In this document: in pieces, positions 46,133 through 55,208 of the stretch
Numbering within the stretch: position 1 is the first letter of the stretch
How the letters are laid out: each line of letters begins with the position of its first letter
Assembly: GCA_963668315.1 (NCBI GenBank)
Contig: OY764216.1
Coordinates: 3,008,001-3,072,000 of the forward strand
From: Spirochaetia bacterium
GTDB taxonomy: Bacteria; Spirochaetota; Spirochaetia; DSM-2461
Length of the DNA stretch: 64,000 nucleotides
Reading direction: 5' to 3'
Program-made: the position numbers and the translations under genes
Notes under the pieces: generated by a model
The model's database searches: none
The model's input: only the letters and a program-made list of their open reading frames with translations
What the model was told of the DNA's origin: nothing

Positions 46133-46759
46133 TCAGCCTCCTATCCTTTCCAGCAAATTCCGGATTTTATCGTAGTTGAGCTTAAAGTAGGCTTTATTGG
46201 ATATCATCCTGACCTTTATCGTCATGAGATCCTGTATGACTTCCAGACCGTTGGCTTTGAGGGTACTGCCCGTTTCCACCAGATCAACGATGTAGGGAGC
46301 AAGTCCCAGGGAGGGGGCCAGTTCAACGCTGCCGTTCAGCTTAATGATGTTGACCGAAATCCCCTTGTTATGGAAATAATCCCGGGTCATGGCTGTATAG
46401 GAGGTGGCTATGGTCAGCTCCTCCGTGTCCTTTTCGGGCCTTCCCTCTTTCAGGGCGGCCATGGAAAGGCGGGTCCCGCCGAAGTCGAAAGTATGGAGTT
46501 TGTAAAAATCCAGTCCCGATTCATAAACCACATCGTCACCGCAGACGCCCAGTCCGGCTATCCCGGAATTGACGTAGGCGGGAAGGTCGCTGTTTTTCAC
46601 CAGGTAAATTTTCAGCAGACCCTCATCATCGTACGAAACGAGTTTACGTTTTTCGAATTTAAAGTTCAGCTCCTTTGAGGAAAAGTGCTCCTGGACCTGT
46701 TCGAACAGGCGCCCCTTGGGAAGAGCTATGGTTAAGGGTTCGTTATTCATATATGACAT
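46133..46759 (-). CDS. hisG: ATP phosphoribosyltransferase, short form
   Basis: IALPKGRL, LNGSVELAP, IVDLVETGSTLKANGL; 208 aa. Confidence 0.95.
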   Translation of the reverse strand: MSYMNNEPLTIALPKGRLFEQVQEHFSSKELNFKFEKRKLVSYDDEGLLKIYLVKNSDLPAYVNSGIAGLGVCGDDVVYESGLDFYKLHTFDFGGTRLSMAALKEGRPEKDTEELTIATSYTAMTRDYFHNKGISVNIIKLNGSVELAPSLGLAPYIVDLVETGSTLKANGLEVIQDLMTIKVRMISNKAYFKLNYDKIRNLLERIGG

Positions 46760-46760
46760 C

Positions 46761-47825
46761 CTATCCTAAGATCACCGGTTCACCCCGGTCTCTCCGTTCC
46801 GCCGCTTCCCTATAAAGGTCGGCGAAATCCTTGTTTTTGTTTTCTATGCGCAGGGGAGCCGACGAAGCCGGTCTTTCCAGGAGCTTCTCGATCTTCCTGA
46901 GGAGGAGGGAGAATCCGACGGAGGATACATTCCGTCCGAAACGTCCGAAAAGGTCATCGTATCTGCCGCCCGAAGCCACGGCCCGGTCTGCTCCTTCCAT
47001 GTAGGCCTGGAACACAAAACCCGTATAATAAGGCTGTCCCCCGATTTCCGAAAGATCAATACGGAACCTGTCTGCCTTACCGGTTTTCTCCAGCTGGTCG
47101 ATCAATGACTCAAAGCCCTTGATGGAATCGGCGAGGGGGGAGATGAGGCCGGAATCGAGGTGTTGCAGTTCCCTGCGGAATTCCTCAAACGTTCCTATGA
47201 AGAAGAGAAGATTCACCAGCGCTTTGGGGAGCAGTTCGCACATGCCCCCATAGTCCCGGCTGTCCAGAAGGAATGCGATCTCCTTCTCCTTTCCCGTTAG
47301 CCCCTGCATTTCGAGAATCTTCCTGAAAAAAGCCCGTGAACCTATATGAATGCGGAAAGGGGGAAGGTCCAGCCCTGTCAGCTGGTCATGGAGAAGCATT
47401 ATGATTTCCAGATCACCCTCGAGTTCCTCTTTTCCTATGAGCTCACAGCCGGTCTGAAAGAATTCATTATGGGAAATATCCTCATTGTTCTGATATCTCA
47501 GAATACTGTCGGAATAGAATACGCGCACGGGCAGATGCTTTTCTTCCAGAGTCAGCGCCATCTGCCGTGCCAGAAAAAGAGTGATGTCCGATCTGAGTAT
47601 GAGAAGATCTCCCTCCCGGCTTATCATCCGGTAGCTCTCTTCCTGCCTTTTTTTATCAAGCAGATCGCTGTAGCTGTCATAGAAATCCACCATGGGGGTC
47701 TGCACCGGCAGATAGCCCCATAAATGGTACAGATCTTCAATCTGCCGTAAAATATCTTTATGCCTTACCGCTTCTTCCAGAAAGAAGCTTTCCGTTCCCT
47801 GGGGAACTCGTAACTTTTGACTCAA
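46761..47825 (-). CDS. hisZ: ATP phosphoribosyltransferase regulatory subunit
   Basis: LRSDIT, EFFQTGCELIG, YYTGFVF, GGRYDDL; next to short hisG. Confidence 0.92.
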   Translation of the reverse strand: MSQKLRVPQGTESFFLEEAVRHKDILRQIEDLYHLWGYLPVQTPMVDFYDSYSDLLDKKRQEESYRMISREGDLLILRSDITLFLARQMALTLEEKHLPVRVFYSDSILRYQNNEDISHNEFFQTGCELIGKEELEGDLEIIMLLHDQLTGLDLPPFRIHIGSRAFFRKILEMQGLTGKEKEIAFLLDSRDYGGMCELLPKALVNLLFFIGTFEEFRRELQHLDSGLISPLADSIKGFESLIDQLEKTGKADRFRIDLSEIGGQPYYTGFVFQAYMEGADRAVASGGRYDDLFGRFGRNVSSVGFSLLLRKIEKLLERPASSAPLRIENKNKDFADLYREAAERRDRGEPVILG

Positions 47826-47870
47826 AATATTCTCCTTGATGGTCCATTTTATAGGGATAGATAGGTAAAA

Positions 47871-49307
47871 TCAATATGTACTTACGAAATGCAGAATTGA
47901 ATCGACAATTTTCTCAGCATCCTGATCACGGAGATTTTCGTTCCTCAGGGCCCAGGAGTTGTTGTCGTAATTGATGTTGCGGATTTCCATGAGAACGGCG
48001 CCGTCGCGGGCGGGATTACCGTTGAGTACATGCAGATTCTGTTCCTTGATGGAGAGTCCGGCAGGGAAGGATTCAATAAAGGCTTCGGCGAATTTTTCAG
48101 ACCTTTCCCTTTCCTCGTCGTCTTCCCCGAAGGTCAGAACGCCGCTTTGCGCAAAGCCGCCCGGGGTATTGTCGCAATGGATGCTGATGAAAAGGGAGTG
48201 CCTGTTCTTTTCCCTCTCGATAATCTCCCTGGCCGTTATCAGTCTTTTTTCCAGTCCGGCGCTTCCCCCTGCCGGCCATTCGCTCCAGGCTCCCGTCTCA
48301 TTGAGGGAGGGGGAATTGTACACTTCGTTCTTTTCATTGACGAAAGTTATCGAAGCATCGGGGGTATGGCGGATGTGGTGGTTGGGGCTGATTATGGTCA
48401 GGTCCGCATCGGCGCCGTGCTGGCAGAGAAGGGCGTAAACCCTCAGGGAGATATCATAGGCGTATTCATCTTCTACCACGAAGGCGGAATGGCCCTGACC
48501 GTCAATCGTTTCGACCACGGCACCCGGGTCGAGTCCGCCGTGACCGGGATCGATAACAATCGTCCAACCCTTCAGATCCCGGGAAAGGAGACCGGCCTTG
48601 TCCACTTCCCGGTCCAGTCTAGCAAGGACATCCCGGGCCATGGCGTAGTTTTCCACCGTACTGTTCTGGGAAAGTTCCCCGTATTCCAGCGAGGGCTGAG
48701 TCAGCCTTTCCGGCTCTCCGTTGAACCAGGGGCCCATCTCCGGTTCACGCCTGTCGCTCAGCATCGCCTTGAGTACGCTGACTCCCCGGGAAAAGCGGGA
48801 AAGGAGAGGAAGTTTAAGTTTCATCCCGGGAAAAATCCTTTCCGAAGGCAGATCATTCAGGCGGGCGATGGCATCGGTGGTCGTATTATAATCCGAGGCG
48901 ATTCTCCACAGGGAATCCCCTTCAGCAACGGTATAGGTATTGTCAGAGCTTTCCTCCCGGGGAAGAATCAGCCTCTGGCCTATCAGAATCTTTTCCCCGT
49001 CAATATGGTTTGCCTGACGTATTTCTTCCTGGGATATATCAGTCTCCCAGGCAATTTTTGAAAGGGAATCTCCCGGTTTGACAATCCAGTAGCTCTCTCC
49101 CGCGCCCAGGGGAATCTCCAGTTCGTCCCCCTCTTTAATAAAGCTTCCCTCCAGGCGGTTCGCCGCCATAAGATCGTCCACGGAAATCCCGTAATCGGAG
49201 GCGATGGAATAGAGCGTTTCATCCTTAGCCACCCGATGTATCTCTTCAGCGGTAAGGGTGAGTGTCAACAGGAAACATAAAGCTGTCAGAAATGGGATGG
49301 TTTTGAT
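47871..49307 (-). CDS. LysM (x3) N-acetylmuramoyl-L-alanine amidase (Amidase_3)
   Basis: Three LysM repeats; IDPGHGGLDPG, EDEYAY, FISIHCD, VLMEI; start extended to an in-frame ATC 6 nt after AAGGAGG, which completes the signal peptide (start uncertain). Confidence 0.85.
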   Translation of the reverse strand: MKTIPFLTALCFLLTLTLTAEEIHRVAKDETLYSIASDYGISVDDLMAANRLEGSFIKEGDELEIPLGAGESYWIVKPGDSLSKIAWETDISQEEIRQANHIDGEKILIGQRLILPREESSDNTYTVAEGDSLWRIASDYNTTTDAIARLNDLPSERIFPGMKLKLPLLSRFSRGVSVLKAMLSDRREPEMGPWFNGEPERLTQPSLEYGELSQNSTVENYAMARDVLARLDREVDKAGLLSRDLKGWTIVIDPGHGGLDPGAVVETIDGQGHSAFVVEDEYAYDISLRVYALLCQHGADADLTIISPNHHIRHTPDASITFVNEKNEVYNSPSLNETGAWSEWPAGGSAGLEKRLITAREIIEREKNRHSLFISIHCDNTPGGFAQSGVLTFGEDDEERERSEKFAEAFIESFPAGLSIKEQNLHVLNGNPARDGAVLMEIRNINYDNNSWALRNENLRDQDAEKIVDSILHFVSTY

Positions 49308-49396
49308 TTCCGGCCTCCTTCATGGCTTGCGGAAGGGCAAATCCGCCGCGCTACTCTTTCTTTATCGATTTTTTATCCTCCCCGGTTGAGAGAAAG

Positions 49397-49425
49397 TTGA
49401 CAATTGCTTCTCCCTTTATTAAGTT
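49397..49425 (+). promoter_or_regulatory. Promoter of the nitroreductase operon
   Basis: TTGACA-N17-TAAGTT, GGAGG SD downstream. Confidence 0.55.
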
Positions 49426-49448
49426 ACAGCTGACGGCGGGAGGAAAAA

Positions 49449-49961
49449 ATGGATTTTCAGGAATTGATACTGTCGAGAAGAAGTATAAGGAAGTACCAGA
49501 ACAGGGAAATAGAACGTTCAGAACTCAGGAAGATCCTTGAGGCGGCCATGGCGGCTCCTTCTGCCGTGGCCAAAGACCCCTGGTATTTCTACGCCGTAAG
49601 CAACAGAGATATTCTGCAGGGTATGGCGGACGTCCTGCCCTACGGGAAGATGCTCCGGGATGCCGGTGCCTCCCTCGTCGTTTGCGGACTCCCCGAAGAG
49701 GCTAACCGGGGGGAAATCGGCTATATGGTACAGGATTGTTCCGCCGCGGTGGAAAACATACTCCTTTCGGCCCATGGTTTGGGGATAGGGGCGGTATGGC
49801 TCGGCGTCTATCCCAATGAGGACAGAATGGAAGGCATGGTCCGTCTTCTGGATATCCCCGGGAACATGATACCCCTGGCGGTCGTATCACTGGGATACCC
49901 GGCTGAATCTCCCGCACCCCGAACCCGGTACAGCGATTCACGGGTAACCTGGAAGGACTGA
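49449..49961 (+). CDS. Nitroreductase family protein
   Basis: RRSIRKY, AAMAAPSA, DCSAAVENILLSAHGLGIGAVWLG, LGYP. Confidence 0.93.
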   Translation: MDFQELILSRRSIRKYQNREIERSELRKILEAAMAAPSAVAKDPWYFYAVSNRDILQGMADVLPYGKMLRDAGASLVVCGLPEEANRGEIGYMVQDCSAAVENILLSAHGLGIGAVWLGVYPNEDRMEGMVRLLDIPGNMIPLAVVSLGYPAESPAPRTRYSDSRVTWKD

Positions 49962-51176
49962 TTGGAAAAGCAGAAAACCGCCGTCATCATAGGGGGAGGT
50001 CCGGCCGGGCTTTTCGCCGCCTCTCAGTTGACGGCAAAGGGCATAAACGTTCAATTGTACGAGAAAATGCGTTCGCCGGGAAGGAAATTTCTTCTGGCGG
50101 GGCAGTCGGGGCTGAATCTGACCAACGATGAGGCTCCCCCCCTTATGTCCGGCCGTTACGGCCGTCACGAAGCGCTTTTCCTCCCCCTGCTTCAGGACTT
50201 TTCCTCGGAAGATATGAGATCCTGGTTTCGCCGACTGGGAGTGGAAACCTTCCGTGGGAACGGGGGAAAGATTTTCCCCGTTGACGGTATGTCCGTCAAA
50301 AAGATCCTGAACATCTGGCTTGATTCCCTGAGGGAAACCGGTCTGTTCCGTCTCCGGGAAGGTTGGGTCTGGCAGGGATGGCGGGATGAAGGGCTTCTAT
50401 TGGTGAAGGACAATTCCGAACGCATCATAAAGGAGAAGCCCGTTCTCTTCGCTCTGGGGGGGGCAAGCTGGCCCGCCACCGGTTCGGATGGGACATGGGG
50501 GGACTATCTGCGGATGAAGGGTATCCGCATCAATCAATTCAAGCCGATGAACTGCGGTTTTCATGTGGATTGGTCTGCTGTTGTTCGGGAGAGGCATACG
50601 GATGAGCCTGTAAAGGGTATCGCCCTCGTCATGGGAGAAGAGAGGAAAAGGGGAGATCTGGTAATTACCCCATCCGGTCTCGAGGGTAGCCCCCTGTACT
50701 GGTTCAGCCTGAAATTGCGGGAGCAGTTGGAAGAAAGGGGCGGGGCGGAAATCGCCATGGATTTGACGCCCGATCTGTCCCGGGAGAAAGTAAGGGCGAT
50801 TCTTGACGGGAGACCCCGCAAAAAAAGCCTCTCCTCCTACCTCGTGACAAAGGGCCTGTTAAGTCCCGTCAAGAAAAGCCTTCTCTGGGAATTTACCTCT
50901 CCCGAAGAGAGAGATCATACAGACCTCCTGGCGGCTTGCATAAAGAGCCTTCCCCTGAAAATTACGGGTATCAACGATATCAAAAGGGCTATCTCCAGTT
51001 CCGGAGGAATCGACATGGGGGAGCTTGATGAAAACCTTATGATCAGAAAAATCCCCGGATATTTCGCTTCGGGGGAAATGCTGGACTGGGATGCGCCCAC
51101 GGGAGGATATATGCTCCAGGGCTGCTTTGCCTCGTCTTTCAGGGCTGCAAGAGGGTTGATGGCATGGCCGGGCTGA
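49962..51176 (+). CDS. HI0933/BaiN family flavoprotein
   Basis: IIGGGPAG, GRKFLLAGQSGLNLT, ALGGASWP.TGSDG, GEMLDWDAPTGGY. Confidence 0.9.
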   Translation: MEKQKTAVIIGGGPAGLFAASQLTAKGINVQLYEKMRSPGRKFLLAGQSGLNLTNDEAPPLMSGRYGRHEALFLPLLQDFSSEDMRSWFRRLGVETFRGNGGKIFPVDGMSVKKILNIWLDSLRETGLFRLREGWVWQGWRDEGLLLVKDNSERIIKEKPVLFALGGASWPATGSDGTWGDYLRMKGIRINQFKPMNCGFHVDWSAVVRERHTDEPVKGIALVMGEERKRGDLVITPSGLEGSPLYWFSLKLREQLEERGGAEIAMDLTPDLSREKVRAILDGRPRKKSLSSYLVTKGLLSPVKKSLLWEFTSPEERDHTDLLAACIKSLPLKITGINDIKRAISSSGGIDMGELDENLMIRKIPGYFASGEMLDWDAPTGGYMLQGCFASSFRAARGLMAWPG

Positions 51177-52606
51177 AACGAATAGTCCTGTGGCTCTTTA
51201 TGGTGGCTTTCTTCTCCCTTTATGCCGATGAAGTGAGAGTGGAACCACTTGAATTCTGGCATAACGGGTCATCATGGCCCGAGACTCTCTCCGTTAATCA
51301 GCTTGTCGAGTCCTCCCTCGCGGCTTCCGGTCTCGAGGGAGAGGATCTGTCCCGATACTTCGAGAGGCTCATGGCTTCCCTGGACAATTTTCAAAGCGAA
51401 TATCTTCCCCGTATCAGTGGTCAGAACAGCCGTGAAAGGGGAGAAGCCATACTGATGTGGATGCATGAAACCTATCTGACCGGCCGATACAGAACCGATC
51501 AGACCCGCATGGACGTCCTTATGGACAGGGGGGATTATAATTGCGTATCCTCGGCTATCCTCTACCTTATTTTCACCCGGGCGGCCGGTCTGGCTACGGC
51601 AGGTGAAGAGACTGTTGATCATGCCTTTTGCACTCTTCGTCTTGAATCAGGCCGGTCGGTGGATATCGAAACTACCACTCTTCTGGGGTTCGATCCGGGT
51701 ACTAAAAAAGAGTTCTCCCGGGAATTTTCCGGGCGGACCGGGTTTGCCTATGTGGAACCGGGGGATTACGCCCGCCGGCAGCCGGCATCGGATAAACAGA
51801 TGATAAGCCTGATCCTTCAGAACCGGATTGCCCTTCTGCAGCGACGGGGTGAATACGGAAATGCAGCCGGCCCCGCCGTGGACCGCTGGGTTTTCCTGCC
51901 GAACGACAGGAACAGAAAGGATATGAATGATTCCTTCCGTAATTATGTTTCGCTTCTGAACAGCCGGAATGAGTTCGGTAAAGCCCTCTCCTTTCTCGTT
52001 CCCCTCTCCGAAGAACTGGGGCTGACAGAGGAGAATGAAGACCTTATCGTAATCCTTGTTCAGAATCAGCTTATCAGCCTGACTAATTCCCGCCGTTTTG
52101 AAGAAGCAGAAGCTTTTTTCGATGAATGGTCAGAATGGCTGAGCCCCGATCAGGCGGGAGAACAGAGAGCGCAGATTCATGACAGAAAAGCACAAACCGC
52201 CGTGGAGAGGGAAAGCTATCCCGATGCGCTCGCCCTTATCAGGCGGATGGGAGATGACGGCTCTCTTCCCCGTATGAGGTCCGATGAGCTGATTACCTGG
52301 CTTCATCAGAACAAAGCCATGGAGATAGCGAACGCCCCGGGAATGGCAAGGGATCAGGCGTATCGGGATGCGATGGATTTTCTTGACTCCCTGCCGGAAG
52401 AGGAGAGGCGGCTTCCCGGGATTTCCGATCATAGAAACAGATACCAACAGAACTGGAGTGTGGTCATTCACAATCAGTGGGCGGCCTTGATGAACCGGGG
52501 CGATTATGAACAGGCCCGGAAGATTCTAGAAGAGGCTCTGGCTGTGGAGGGAACGAATTCGGATCTTCTCAAGGACAAAGCATATATGGAGACAAAAATA
52601 CCGTGA
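51164..52606 (+). CDS. Exported transglutaminase-like (Cys-His-Asp) + TPR protein
   Basis: Signal peptide; GDYNCVSSAILY...DHAFC...VDIETT; C-terminal helical repeats. Confidence 0.6.
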   Translation: MAGLKRIVLWLFMVAFFSLYADEVRVEPLEFWHNGSSWPETLSVNQLVESSLAASGLEGEDLSRYFERLMASLDNFQSEYLPRISGQNSRERGEAILMWMHETYLTGRYRTDQTRMDVLMDRGDYNCVSSAILYLIFTRAAGLATAGEETVDHAFCTLRLESGRSVDIETTTLLGFDPGTKKEFSREFSGRTGFAYVEPGDYARRQPASDKQMISLILQNRIALLQRRGEYGNAAGPAVDRWVFLPNDRNRKDMNDSFRNYVSLLNSRNEFGKALSFLVPLSEELGLTEENEDLIVILVQNQLISLTNSRRFEEAEAFFDEWSEWLSPDQAGEQRAQIHDRKAQTAVERESYPDALALIRRMGDDGSLPRMRSDELITWLHQNKAMEIANAPGMARDQAYRDAMDFLDSLPEEERRLPGISDHRNRYQQNWSVVIHNQWAALMNRGDYEQARKILEEALAVEGTNSDLLKDKAYMETKIP

Positions 52607-52705
52607 TGGTTCTCCAGTTTCTTTTTGAAATACGGGTTTTTCTTTCCGGTTGTGTTATAGTAATATAAATCGAAATTAAAATTATTTACATAATGTTATC
52701 AGGAG

Positions 52706-53272
52706 TTGAAATTGCCATTTACATTTAAAACAGTTCCGGATATTGACGGTCTTGTTGTCGTTGAGCCGGCGGTTTTCAAGGACGATCGGGGATATTTTCT
52801 GGAAACTTTCCGCCGTGATCAGTTCCGCGCAAACGGAATAGGGGAAGAGTTCGTCCAGGATAACCACTCTCTCTCTTCAAAGGGAACTCTGAGGGGGCTT
52901 CATTTCCAGCGTGATCCGGCCGCCCAGGGAAAACTGGTGTCAGTTATCACCGGTGCAGTCTGGGATGTGGCAGTAGACCTCAGACCCGGATCTCCCAGTT
53001 TCGGGAAGTGGTTCGGAGTCGAATTATCCGATACCAATCACAGAATGTTCTATATTCCGCCCGGTTTTGCCCACGGCTTCATCTCCCTGGCCGACGACAC
53101 CCACTTCGTTTATAAATGCACGGCCTATTACTCACCCGAAAATGACGGGGGAATTCGGTGGAATGATCCTGATCTGGCGGTAGAGTGGCCCGAGGGCACC
53201 GATCCGCTGGTTTCACCCAAGGATGATAAGCTTCCCCTTTTCGCCGACTGGCGCAAGGAGGCGGGTATATGA
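52706..53272 (+). CDS. rfbC: dTDP-4-dehydrorhamnose 3,5-epimerase
   Basis: DDRGYFLE, FVQDNHS, LRGLHFQ, DVAVDLR, PPGFAHGF; the true start may be the TTG at 52712. Confidence 0.96.
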   Translation: MKLPFTFKTVPDIDGLVVVEPAVFKDDRGYFLETFRRDQFRANGIGEEFVQDNHSLSSKGTLRGLHFQRDPAAQGKLVSVITGAVWDVAVDLRPGSPSFGKWFGVELSDTNHRMFYIPPGFAHGFISLADDTHFVYKCTAYYSPENDGGIRWNDPDLAVEWPEGTDPLVSPKDDKLPLFADWRKEAGI

Positions 53273-54135
53273 TCTGGCTTATCGGCAACAGGGGAATGCT
53301 CGGGCAGGAGGTCGCTTCCCTGCTTAAGGACAGGGGACTTGCCTTCCTGGGAACGGACAGGGATACGGATATCACCGATGTGCAGGCCTTGAGAGACTTC
53401 GCCATGGGAAAAGATATTGAGTGGATTATCAACTGTTCCGCCTACACGGCTGTGGACAAAGCTGAAGAGGAGAGGGAGAAAGCTTTCCTGCTTAACGAAA
53501 AGGGAGCGGAGAATATCGGTATTGTCGCCTCCGAACTGGACGCTGCCGTGATTCATATCTCCACGGATTATGTTTTTGACGGCAAAAAAAACTATCCCCT
53601 CGGTGAAGAGGAAGGAACCGGACCGGTTTCGGTGTACGGAGAGAGCAAGCTGGCGGGAGAAAAGGCCCTGCAGCGGAGAAATCCCAGGACTTTTATTCTC
53701 CGAACCGCCTGGTTGTACGGACGGGAAGGGGCGAATTTCGTCTATACCATGCTGCGTCTGATGAAAGAGAAAGAGAGTATAAAAGTCGTCGATGATCAGA
53801 TCGGTTCTCCCACCTGGACATTCGATCTGGCCTCTCTGATTCTCAGAATTATCACTTCCGGTTCTGAACATTACGGCATCTATCACTTCTCCGGATCGGG
53901 AGAGACTAGCTGGTATGGTTTCGCCCGGGAGATTTACCGGCAGGGACGGGAAAGGGGGATTCTGGAAGGGGAGTGCGATATCCGTCCCTGTACCAGCGGG
54001 GAGTTCTCTTCCGCCGCGGTCAGACCGGCCTATTCCCTTCTCTCCAAGGAGAAGGTGAAAAACATACTCAAAGGAGAGGTTCCTCCCTGGGAAGAGAGCC
54101 TTGATCATTTTTTTGAAAGAGGATTAGCAGAATGA
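53269..54135 (+). CDS. rfbD: dTDP-4-dehydrorhamnose reductase
   Basis: GNRGMLG, AYTAVDKAE, ISTDYVFDG, YGESKLAGE, DQIGSPT, RPAYS. Confidence 0.96.
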   Translation: MIWLIGNRGMLGQEVASLLKDRGLAFLGTDRDTDITDVQALRDFAMGKDIEWIINCSAYTAVDKAEEEREKAFLLNEKGAENIGIVASELDAAVIHISTDYVFDGKKNYPLGEEEGTGPVSVYGESKLAGEKALQRRNPRTFILRTAWLYGREGANFVYTMLRLMKEKESIKVVDDQIGSPTWTFDLASLILRIITSGSEHYGIYHFSGSGETSWYGFAREIYRQGRERGILEGECDIRPCTSGEFSSAAVRPAYSLLSKEKVKNILKGEVPPWEESLDHFFERGLAE

Positions 54136-55202
54136 GAAAACTGAAAAATATCATGGTTACCGGAGGAGCCGGTTTTATCGGCGCCAACTTCATCAACTGG
54201 TTGTTTAATAGTGGCGATTTCACCGGAAGGATAATTAATTTCGACAAGCTGACCTACGCCGGAAATCCGGAAAGTCTGAAAGGGGTGAGCGACAACTTTG
54301 GGGAAGACCGATATCTTCTTGTTCAGGGGGATATCTGTGACAGAAAAATCGTTGAGGAGACCCTTGAAAAATACGATATCGACACGATTATCCATTTTGC
54401 CGCCGAAAGCCATGTTGACCGTTCCATCGAAGGGCCCGAAGTATTCGTTCAGACCAATGTCATGGGAACTTTTACTCTTCTTGATGCGGCCCGGCATTTC
54501 TGGGAAGGAAAGGATGGGTGCCTGTTTCACCATGTCAGTACCGATGAAGTTTACGGGTCGCTGGGGGAAACGGGATTTTTCTATGAAACGACTCCCTACG
54601 ATCCTCGCAGCGCCTATTCCGCCTCCAAGGCGTCTTCCGATCACCTGGTCCGGTCGTATTTCCACACTTACGGCCTGCCCATCACCTTAAGCAACTGCTC
54701 CAACAATTACGGTCCTCTTCAGTTTCCCGAAAAACTGATTCCCGTCATTATTGAGAATATCCTTAAGGAAAATTCCCTGCCCGTCTACGGAGACGGGAAG
54801 AATATTCGTGACTGGCTTTTTGTGGAAGACCATAACAGCGCCGTCTGGAAAATTGTCAATGAAGGCAAAACGGGGGATTCCTACAACATCGGCGGAGAAA
54901 ACGAGTGGGAAAACATCAAGCTGGTCCATAGACTGTGCGAACTGATGGCAGAAAAAAAGGGAAAAGACAGGGACTACTATAAAAAACTGATTACCTTCGT
55001 CAAGGACAGGCCCGGCCATGACAGACGTTATGCCATCAACTGCGACAAACTCAAGAAAGAACTGGGCTGGAAGCAGAGCCTTGATTTCTCCGAGGGCTTG
55101 AGAAAAACGGTGGACTGGTACCTGGATAACCGGGAGTGGGTCGAAAATGTGAAAAGCGGTGAATACCGGAACTGGATGGAGAAGAACTACACTTCCCGTT
55201 AA
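54132..55202 (+). CDS. rfbB: dTDP-glucose 4,6-dehydratase
   Basis: VTGGAGFIG, DKLTYAGN, AAESHVDRSI, STDEVYG, YSASKA, DRPGHDRRY. Confidence 0.97.
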   Translation: MRKLKNIMVTGGAGFIGANFINWLFNSGDFTGRIINFDKLTYAGNPESLKGVSDNFGEDRYLLVQGDICDRKIVEETLEKYDIDTIIHFAAESHVDRSIEGPEVFVQTNVMGTFTLLDAARHFWEGKDGCLFHHVSTDEVYGSLGETGFFYETTPYDPRSAYSASKASSDHLVRSYFHTYGLPITLSNCSNNYGPLQFPEKLIPVIIENILKENSLPVYGDGKNIRDWLFVEDHNSAVWKIVNEGKTGDSYNIGGENEWENIKLVHRLCELMAEKKGKDRDYYKKLITFVKDRPGHDRRYAINCDKLKKELGWKQSLDFSEGLRKTVDWYLDNREWVENVKSGEYRNWMEKNYTSR

Positions 55203-55208
55203 TGTGTC

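Noticed and set aside
42846..54108. Antisense ORFs of 277-343 aa (42846..43823, 44205..45038, 48030..49061, 53128..54108)
   Set aside because: All lie opposite conserved genes (alaS, TPR, amidase, rfbD) and show no motifs
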